Of a DNA stretch of 64,000 nt, positions 13,360-22,435 are shown piece after piece; the first letter of the stretch is position 1, and each line of letters starts with the position of its first letter. This DNA comes from Mytilus edulis (lineage: Eukaryota), in the NCBI RefSeq assembly GCF_963676685.1, contig NC_092350.1:40424001-40488000 (forward strand), read 5' to 3'. The position numbers and the translations under genes are program-made. The notes below the pieces were generated by a model, which made no database searches, was not told where the DNA came from, and saw only the letters and a list, made by a program, of their open reading frames with translations.

Positions 13360-15443
13360 GTTTGACGTAAATTTTACATTGAGGTTCTGAAAAAGGAAAT
13401 CACCAATTCACCAACATTCCAACTGACTCCATTTTCAGAAAACGGAATCTGTAACAAACATAAACTTTTAGCCACCGCTTTACAAGCAGAGCCAAATACA
13501 ATGAAAGTCCCAACTATGTATTGGCTTCCGAAGCTACACAAAACCCCTTACAAATATAGATTTATTTCGTCTTCAAGCCATTGTTCAACTACTAAATTGT
13601 CTATTCTTCTTACCAGCACACTTGGTACAATTAAAAACCTGATAATAAATTGTTCAAATAAGGCCTTCGAAAATAGTGGAATAAATTACTTTTGGAGTGT
13701 CAAGAACTCGTTGGAAGTACTTGATAAATTGCATGCTTATATTGGTGATTTGAATCTGTTCAAAGTTTTGATTTTTCTACCCTGTATACCACATTGCCTC
13801 ACATTCTCATTAAGAAAAAATTCACACACCTAATTAAATGGGCATTCAAAAAATCAGAATGTGAATATATATGTTCAAACTCTTTTAGGTCATTTTTTAG
13901 TAGCAATAAACAAAAAAACTATGTTAATTGGACATGCTTTGATACTATATATGCCCTTGAATTTTTACTAGATAACATTTTTGTTCGCTTTGGAGATTCC
14001 GTATATCGTCAGATTATCGGAATTCCAATGGGGACTAACTGTGCACCACTTATTGCGGACCTGTTTTTGTATTGTTATGAGTTACAATTTATGACAAAAA
14101 TAAGCAAAGACCCATCGAAACAACATCTGATAAACAAATTTAATAATACTTTTAGATATTTGGATGATATTTTTGCTCTCAATAATGACGACTTCAGTAT
14201 GTATTAATGAAATTTATCCTGTTGAACTTACTTTAAATAAAGCTAATACTAACAATGACCACTGCCCTTTTCTCGATCTTGATATCTATATCACTAACGG
14301 AAAGCTGAATACTAAAATTTATGATAAAAGGGATGATTTTTCATTTCCTATCGTTAATTATCCGTTTTTAGATGGTGACGTTCCGTTGTCACCATCTTAC
14401 GGTGTTTATATATCTCAACTTGTACGATTCGCTCGTGTATGTAACAATGTTTTCGATTTTAACGAGAGAAATTTATGTATTACTGAAAAATTATTACACC
14501 AGGGTTTTCGATATCACAAACTAGTCAAAACATTTACTAAATTTTATCATCGGTATAAAGACATCATTCGTAAATATAGCTCAACATGCAGACTTCTAAT
14601 ACGTTCAGGTATTTCACATCCAATTTTTTATGGTAATATTCTTTATAAAGCACAAAAGTGTCAGTATTCACCTCAAAAACTTACAAAACCTTTGAATAGA
14701 CTTATTAAGAAGGGATATAATTACGATACTGTTGTCAAGTCATTAAAGATTGCATATTTTGGCGTTAATATTGAGTCACTGATAAGGTCTTTGCATCGGA
14801 ACTAAACACATTTATTCTAAAAACAGTTGTTGGCATGACACGGGTTATGTTCTTCTCATATATGTTATGATGGTATGATACTAAACCCCTAACGGGAAGG
14901 ATTGTGCCTGATGTTCATATGATGAAATCATAACCTTTCAGTCAGTTTAATTTAAGTCTGGAGCTGGCATGTCAGTTAACTGCTAGTAGTCTGTTGTTAT
15001 TTATGCATTATTGTCATTTTGTTTATTTTCTTTGGTTACATCTTCTGACATCAGACTCGGATTTCTCTTGAACTGAATTTTAATGTGCGTATTGTTATGC
15101 GTTTACTTTACTACATTGGTTAGAGGTATAGGGGGAGGGTTGAGATCTCACAAACATGTTTAACCCCGCCGCATTTTTGCGCCTGTCCCAAGTCAGGAGC
15201 CTCTGGCCTTTGTTAGTCTTGTATTATTTTAATTTTAGTTTCTTGTGTACAATTTGGAAATTAGTATGGCGTTCATTATCACTGGACTAGTATATATTTG
15301 TTTAGGGGCCAGCTGAAGGACGCCTCCGGGTGCGGGAATTTCTCGCTACATTGAAGACCTGTTGGTGACCCTCTGCTGTTGTTTTTTATTTGGTCGGGTT
15401 GTTGTCTCTTTGACACATTCCCCATTTTCATTCTCAAATTTAT
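13360..15443 (+). mobile_element. 5'-truncated Penelope-like (Naiad-type) retroelement, RT with two frameshifts
   Basis: ORFs 13501-13833, 13794-14207, 14164-14805 join into one RT (YWLPKLHKTPYKYRFI, DFSTLYT region, GIPMG, YLDD). Near-identical to the minus copy; 3' UTR runs to 15443. Confidence 0.9.
14856..14922 (+). promoter_or_regulatory. SECIS element (type II) in the retroelement 3' UTR
   Basis: ATGAT(14867)-GGTATGATACT-AAA-CCC.CTAAC.GGG-A-AGGATTGTGCC-TGAT(14909). Helix II pairs at 10 of 11 positions; helix I is TCATAT/ATATGA. Confidence 0.75.
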
Positions 15444-15673
15444 TGTGAGATCTCAACCCTCCCCCTATACCTCTAGCCAATGTAGAAAAGTAAACGCATA
15501 ACAATACGCACATTAAAATTCAGTTCAAGAGAAGTCCGAGTCTGATGTCAGAAGATGTAACCAGAGAAAATAAACAAAATGACAATAATACATAAATAAC
15601 AACAGACTACTAGCAGTTAACTGACATGCCAGCTCCAGACTTCAATTAAACTGACTGAAAGATTATGATTTCA

Positions 15674-15740
15674 TCATATGAACATCAGGCACAATCCTTC
15701 CCGTTAGGGGTTTAGTATCATACCATCATAACATATATGA
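15674..15740 (-). promoter_or_regulatory. SECIS element (type II), second copy
   Basis: Exact reverse complement of 14856-14922, about 50 nt downstream of the RT stop at 15791. Confidence 0.75.
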
Positions 15741-16778
15741 GAAGAACATAACCCGTGTCATGCCAACAACTGGTTTTTGAATAAATGTGTTTAGTTCCGA
15801 TGCAAAGACCCTATAAGTGAATCAATATTAACGCCAAAATATGCAATCTTTAATGACCTGACAACAGTCTCGTAACTATAACCTTTCTTAATAAGTCTAT
15901 TCAAAGGTTTTTTTAGTTTTTGAGGTGAATGCTGACACCTTTGTGCTTTATAAAGAATATTTCCATAAAAAATTGGATGTGAAATACCTGAACGTATAAG
16001 AAGTCTGCATGTTGAGCTATATTTACGAATGATGTCCTTACACCGATGATAAAATTTAGTAAATGTTTTGACTAGTTTGTGATATCGAAAACCCTGGTGT
16101 AATAATTTTTCAGTAATACATAAATTTCTCTCGTTAAAATCTAAAACATTGTTACATACACGAGCGAATCGTACAAGTTGAGATATATAAAAACCGTAAG
16201 ATGGTGACAAGGGAACGTCACCATCTAAAAATGGATAATTAACGATAGGAAATGAAAAATCATCTCTTTTATCATAAATTTTAGTATTCAGCTTTCCGTT
16301 AGTGATATAGATATCAAGATCGAGGAAATGGCAGTGGTCATTGTTAGTATTAGCTTTATTTAAAGTAAGTTCAACAGGATAAATTTCTTTAATATACATA
16401 CTGAAGTCGTCATTATTGAGAGCCAAAATATCATCCAAATATCTAAAAGTATTATTAAATTTGTTTATAAGATGTTGTTTCGATGGGTCTTTGCTTATTT
16501 TTGTCATAAATTGTAACTCATAGCAATACAAAAACAGGTCCGCAATAAGTGGTGCACAGTTAGTCCCCATTGGAATTCCGATAATCTGACGATATACGGA
16601 ATCCCCAAAGCGAACAAAAATGTTATCCAGTAAAAATTCAAGGGCATATATAGTATCAAAGCATGTCCAATTAACATAGAAGCCCACTTACTTATTCAGT
16701 ATCAAGAGCTGCACCAAAAGCGCATGACACGTCAATCGCCTCTCAAACTCCTTTTGAGGATTTTAAATGAATAAAAAT

Positions 16779-18168
16779 AATCAAAGAGCTGAATAGCTCT
16801 GAGGGGAAAGACGACCCTTGTTTCTATTTAATTAATTTTTTTTGGAAAGGGGGGGGGGGTATCTTTTGATAGTCTTCATATAAAGAATTATAAAAGAGAA
16901 CAGCTAGAACATGCAGAAAAGTTTGACAATATTGAAATCAATTGTTGTTTATGTAATTTCATTTCCTTAGTTTAGGATTCAATTTGGACCAATGGAAGAG
17001 ATCTGCACTTTCTAAATTTAAACATTTGATTAAAGTTGATAGTTAATTATCTAAAATTCAACTGAATTCTGTCATTTCACAACAACTACAATATTTTTTG
17101 AAATCTTGATTGTTTACCACTGAACTGCAGGCTAGGACCATTTTCCATTTTTTGTGACAGTACTCTTGGATTTTTCATTTTTTTCATAAGAAAGTGTGGA
17201 CTGAAAAATCTATTCAGTTTTACATTTCCATTGATAAAGTTCCCAGTTACAACTCTCATCACAGGGAAACAGGTACTAATAAAAAACAATATGATTGATG
17301 TAAATTGTGTGAAGCTTGTTTCCCCAAATACTAAATTTGAAATATTTGTAAATTTCATGAATAAATAGTATAGGTTGAAACTACAAAATGCAACATATTA
17401 ATTTTTTATTTTTTTTTACCATTACAATGATTATGTTGGTACACAAAAATTTAGTTTTAATGGAAGACTACTAATCCAATGAAATGTCACATTTTAAGTG
17501 TTTAAATACATTAACTTTTATTTTAGTGGATAATTACTCATCAGTTGAGGTGCTCCTTTCTGCATGTTCTAGCTGTAGGAAGATTCTCAAAACAGAATTT
17601 TTACAGAAAAAAAATCAATAAAATCGTTTCTCTCCCCTATCTAATGTAACCCCACGATCTTTGTTTACTTTGAAAGTTGCTGACCTACAAATTAAAGTAT
17701 TGCATGTTGATGTTTGAATCATCTACAGCAAACAATATTATGTTTAGATTTAGCAAATACCAATTTGTAATTAGTGCACGATCTCTGGGAATGATTTAAA
17801 TAACCAATGAAGGATATCCTTGCTTCTGCATAGTGTGGCATTCCAAGAATGACGTCACTATAAAATACAATGTAGGTTGGATATATTTAGAATATCTCGT
17901 CATACTGATTTGTCCGGATTGTAAAAGAAACGTAAATAGTGTAAATGAGAGCTCAAGATACGATAATTTCGTCAGAAACAGAAGGGAAATGTGTAAAAAA
18001 GTGTTTAAAGTCAAACTATTCATTTCTGGGTCTCCTTCTCTTCAATCTAAGTAAGATTTGTTGGGGGGTTTTCCACACTATAAAAAACAAAATGAATGAT
18101 GTGAGGGAATGTCACTCTGGTCAACCCCATAGGGGATTGACGGCTTGAAGCCGTCTTTCCCCCAAAAA
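16779..18168 (-). mobile_element. Non-autonomous Helentron-type element (HINE)
   Basis: Asymmetric subTIRs GGGGAAAGACG (16803-16813) / CGTCTTTCCCC (18152-18162); 5' hairpin GACGGCTT-G-AAGCCGTC; 3' hairpin AGAGCT-GAAT-AGCTCT; inserted in an A/T run. Empty site at about 39000-39015. Confidence 0.75.
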
Positions 18169-19899
18169 ACAATCGTACATCAATGGATAAAAACAAATCA
18201 CCAAATTTCATAAAAATTGATGAAATCATTTTTGAGTGGTTATTGTTAGTGTCGATCATCCAGCCGCTTTATTTTTTTTAAAGTATAGCGTCTTGATGAA
18301 AAGTGATATAAAATGGTAATTTATGACATTCAGAATAGTTTCGGATTTTTTAGCTTGTTTTTAAAGATATTGTCCAAGACGAATAACCGAGAAGTTGGTT
18401 ATTAACTTTGGAAGATTTATATTACGATAATAGTATTGAAAAGCCCGAGTGTATCGATTATTGTTTAAATCTATTTATATTTTTTTGGTGACGACTTAAA
18501 AGTCGTGTATAACACCAGACAGCGTAGCTTCCATGACAGCGAAGGAAAATAACAGCCAATCATACCTTTGTAAGATGATACAACAACACAAACTGTTACA
18601 TAATTTTTAAAGCAAACCTGAAACATCGAGTAGTTATATTCTTTCATGCATATCTCTGCTACGCAAGCAAGTTAATAATTATACAATAAATGGCAATTTT
18701 TGTATTGACTGGGACCACTCGAACAGTCGTGTGTACACTATAAATACATTTTGGAGTTGATTTGTAGTATCTTTATCTTTATAAATACTTGATGGAAAAG
18801 TGGTACTTCTGGTTTTCTTTCATATGTTTCATGATAATTGCATTGTCTTTTTAAAAGAATGATATTTACTTGAATATTTCAGGATATTATTTTCAATGAT
18901 AATCTGTGAAATTATTTCCCATTATAATACATTTTTTTTAACAATTTACTTTAATTCCAATACACTATTATTATTGCATAGTATTTGTAAAGATTAAGTT
19001 TTTTTAAAAATTTTTCAATAGTTATACTACCCAGATTGAATTTCACGGCAAAGGAAAAAATATCCTAGGAAAATATTTTCCTCTAGATAAAAAGATAACA
19101 ACACATACAGTAACATTTTTTTTTTAAATTTTGCTTTAAACCATGACGCCGAAATATGAACTTCACCCATAATAAGTTTGTTGTATCTATCTGTAGTGTA
19201 TAAGGGAGTTTGAATCTTGATATGTGTACAAAAAGGGGGAGATGAGAGATGCGCAATGTTGTACACATTTACAGGAGGGAACGCAATCCAAAACTATAAG
19301 CAGAAGAAAAACAAACAAAGTATATCTAGAAGATGCCATTTTGTACATACACCAAACGGTCAAAATGATTTATGCTCGATTTTTTTTTAAAAACAAATGC
19401 ATTTATCTTATACAAACATATAAGAAGTGGGACACATTGTTATGAAGAGTAATTTAAATATACTGTTAGTTAACAAAGTCTGGACTGGTCAACTTAAAAT
19501 AGAAAAATACTTTTTTTGCACTTTTAAAAGACCTTTTTTTTCACACTAAAAAAAGTTCATAACAGAATACAAATGTTGTCAGTGAATATATACCAATTGG
19601 CTATCTTAACCTTGAAATAAAACTATGGCATGAGGAAAACATTTAAAATTCGATTTTATTCAAAACAATAGACAGTAAAACAATAGATCCAGCATCAATG
19701 AAAGGAGGTGTCAATGAGACAGCAACCGGTGAACCCAATGACATACATTACCAAAAGTAGACATCAACATAATTAAGAGGTCATACTGTAGACTAAAACA
19801 AAAATTGAGAATAAAAGTACCAAAAGGTCAACATTATACAAATAAGAAGATGCGGTATGAATACCAATGAGACAATTATAAAACATGATCACACTGAAC

Positions 19900-20220
19900 T
19901 AAATAAAGAAGTTAAAAATATGAAAAAAATCAAACTGATGCTAATAATAATCTACAGGGAATAAAGACTTCATGGACGATTTCAAGGTAAATCACGAAAA
20001 CAACGTAAAAGAAGTAAGATCGGTTAAGTCATCCATTAATAAAGTAGCAAATGATCTTGCAGATAAAACTTTGGAGCTGAGAAATGAAATTAAAACAGTA
20101 GTCAATACCGCAAAACAAGAAAATGAAAATCTACAGAGCACCGTTATTGACCTTCAATGCAGATCAAAGAAGAATAACTTGGTGTTTACTGGTTTGACGG
20201 AAACCGAAGGAGAAAACACT
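19900..20220 (+). mobile_element. Fragment of a LINE ORF1-like coiled-coil protein (second copy 40740-41060)
   Basis: Heptad-rich peptide followed by DLQCRSKKNNLVFTGLTETEGEN, resembling the coiled-coil/RRM junction of L1-type ORF1p; truncated against the TRIM 3' region. Confidence 0.55.
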
Positions 20221-20697
20221 GTACATATGTACTTTTGTATGATATTTTTGTTTTATATCTATGCTACTACATGTAACTTCAAATACACAAATATTTTTTT
20301 TACTTTGATTTCCAATCAAAACACGATTGTTTTTTCTGTCGAAATGTATTCCATAAGGTTGAAACAATCCATCCACACTTGAAATGAAATTAAAACAGTA
20401 GTCAATAACGCAAAACTAGAAAATGAAATCTACAGAGCACCGTTATTGACCTTCAATGCAGATCAATGAACAATAACTTTGTGTTTACTGGTTTGACGGA
20501 AACCGAAGGAGAAAACACTGTACATATGTACTTTTGTATGATATTTTTGTTTTATATCTATGCTACTAGCAAATGGTTCTAATTTATAACTTCAAATACA
20601 CAAACATGTTTTTTGCTTTGATTTCGAATCAAAACACGATTGTTTTTTCTGTCGAAATGTATTCCATAAGGTTTAAACAATCCATCCACACTTGAAA
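20081..20697. repeat. About 300-bp tandem duplication of ORF1 fragment + TRIM 3' end (also 40920-41550)
   Basis: GAAATGAAATTAAAACAGTAGTCAATA...GGAGAAAACACTGTACATATG...CAATCCATCCACACTTGAAA occurs twice in each segmental unit. Confidence 0.85.
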
Positions 20698-22264
20698 GAA
20701 GTTGCCTGTTCTGTTGTCCATCAGGGGATAAAACCACTATTCTATGTAAAGCAGAACAAGCTACATAAACGTTTCCGTAGTTATCTAGCGCTATTCCACG
20801 TGGATATTTTAATATGTTCTCATCTTTAAATGTCCATATTGCCCCGCCGTTCATATCACAACATACAATACTTTTAGGTCCATCGTAAGTAAAATAAATT
20901 TTGTCATTAAAAACTTCAATATATGAAAAAGGGGGCAAATCATACTTCCATATAGCAGTACTTCTTCCGTCCTGAGGGTTAAGTTTACAGACACCATCTC
21001 CTTTTGCGCAAATGAACAATGACCCATTATGATGTTTAATCCCATAGCACTGATACTTCGTTGGTATAAGTGTAACCTTTTCTGTATCGATGTCTATTAT
21101 ACTGACTCCGGTAGACTGTTCGTTGTTTGACGTTGTAGCTACAGTTTTATAATCTATATACGTTATATCAAATGCATTGGCGGGTTTAACTGAGATTTGA
21201 CTCAGTATTTGCCAGTCGGTACTGAAGACAAGTACATTTTTGGTACTATAGTCACTTAAGGCAATGTTTCCATTTGGAAGAACGACAATACCTCTAATGT
21301 CTTGAACGTCTGGTTTTACGGTTTTCACTAGACTTGGTTTGATATCAGTAATTGATCTAATCTTTGACTCTACTAATTGTGCTTGTTTTGTTTTGTGTGT
21401 TACGAGAGACAATTTACAATGAGTCTTCTGTACCTCAAGTGAACCGAATGATTGAATACTTGATGAAAGGTTGTCGATTTTGTCATCAATATTGAATAGT
21501 ATAGTAGGTGCATCCAATATGTGATCTCCAGTGATCGACTGCAGGTACGACTCAGTAGTAGCTGCTTCTAATGAGATTTTCTGTAATCCAAAGTACGTTT
21601 GAAGTTCGGTCGCGTACCTGTCCATATCTTGTAACTGTTGTTCAGCTTTGTTTGTGCTATCAGTCTTATTTTCTAGGATCTGTAGTTTATTTTTAATGCT
21701 ATCTTTCGATTCACTTGTTATCTCGAAAATTTCGTTTTTGATCTTCTTTTCCAATTTATCAAAGTGGTCATCAATCTTCTTCCTTGTGTCTGTAACCTGG
21801 GACAATATTTTCTCTTCTTGCTGCTTTATTCTTCCCTGTTGTTCATTCAGTTCAATCTGTAGAGTTTTTATGTTTTGATCAATATCTTTCAAACTTAGTC
21901 GTGTTTCCTGGAAAAATGACGACTTTTTAACGTTTTCTATCATTTTACGAAGGGATACTATACCTTTGCATCCTTCGTGATTCTCAATACATGAGGGGCA
22001 AATAAGTTTATCGTGAGCTTGGCAAACCATTTGATATTGTTCAGTATGTTCCATGCATATATTACTGGTTTCTGAAATAGATGAAGACATCGACAAGTAG
22101 TCCCGAATCGATACAGTTACGTGATTTTCGGACGACTTTGAAAATCCATGATAATCATTGCAATCTTTACAAAATGCTTGTTTACATTCAGGACACCAGA
22201 CAGTGGATGGTTTTGTAATATGTCGATGGTCACATATATCGCAATGTTGCTGAATTGATGCCAT
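20579..22264 (-). CDS. RING-less TRIM-NHL-like protein, copy 2 (561 aa)
   Basis: B-box1 CDICDHRH..WCPEC...C..C...H, B-box2 CMEH......CQAH...ICPSC...H, coiled coil, NHL-like repeats (YPRGIALDNYGNVYVA, IVVLSPDG). Start placed at MASIQQ because a TTTTCTTTGCAG acceptor lies 10 nt upstream. Confidence 0.9.
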   Translation of the reverse strand: MASIQQHCDICDHRHITKPSTVWCPECKQAFCKDCNDYHGFSKSSENHVTVSIRDYLSMSSSISETSNICMEHTEQYQMVCQAHDKLICPSCIENHEGCKGIVSLRKMIENVKKSSFFQETRLSLKDIDQNIKTLQIELNEQQGRIKQQEEKILSQVTDTRKKIDDHFDKLEKKIKNEIFEITSESKDSIKNKLQILENKTDSTNKAEQQLQDMDRYATELQTYFGLQKISLEAATTESYLQSITGDHILDAPTILFNIDDKIDNLSSSIQSFGSLEVQKTHCKLSLVTHKTKQAQLVESKIRSITDIKPSLVKTVKPDVQDIRGIVVLPNGNIALSDYSTKNVLVFSTDWQILSQISVKPANAFDITYIDYKTVATTSNNEQSTGVSIIDIDTEKVTLIPTKYQCYGIKHHNGSLFICAKGDGVCKLNPQDGRSTAIWKYDLPPFSYIEVFNDKIYFTYDGPKSIVCCDMNGGAIWTFKDENILKYPRGIALDNYGNVYVACSALHRIVVLSPDGQQNRQLLSSVDGLFKPYGIHFDRKNNRVLIRNQSKKHVCVFEVIN

Positions 22265-22435
22265 TTTATCTTTCCTGCAAAGAAAAGTATAAGCATATTG
22301 GTTTTGCACCATGTAAAAAAACCTGTATGGATATAATCAATTAACTTGGTTTGTTTAACACAAAATGTAAACAATTACTGATTCTGTCTGCATTCTATTG
22401 ACCGAAACTTCACTATCACATTTATTTAATTCATG

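Larger units (their letters stand above)
13071..16679 (-). mobile_element. 5'-truncated Penelope-like (Naiad-type) retroelement, interrupted by a same-family copy
   Basis: Open RT frame 16677-15791 with GIPMGTNCAP, RYLDD, FLDL, YDKRDDFSFPIVNYP, SQLVRFAR. The ORF ends after the thumb with no C-terminal GIY-YIG. The 3' UTR is split into 15790-15446 and 13364-13071. Empty site at 38750-38760. Confidence 0.85.
12877..22400. repeat. Segmental duplication, paralogous to about 38567-43270
   Basis: Collinear blocks: 12877-13070 ~ 38567-38755; 16680-16770 ~ 38756-38850; 18165-20578 ~ 39010-41432; TRIM copy 2 ~ copy 5. The insertions at 13071-16679 and 16779-18168 are absent from the second unit. Confidence 0.9.

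Noticed and set aside
21648-21878. Plus-strand hydrophobic ORFs overlapping TRIM coiled coils (also 30303, 42502, 49723, 11535)
   Set aside because: Antisense shadows of Lys/Glu/Gln-rich coding sequence.
22265-22312. 16-aa N-terminal extension of the 577-aa ORF (also 50911-50958)
   Set aside because: It crosses a conserved polypyrimidine-AG acceptor and is not open in the other copies; most likely intronic.
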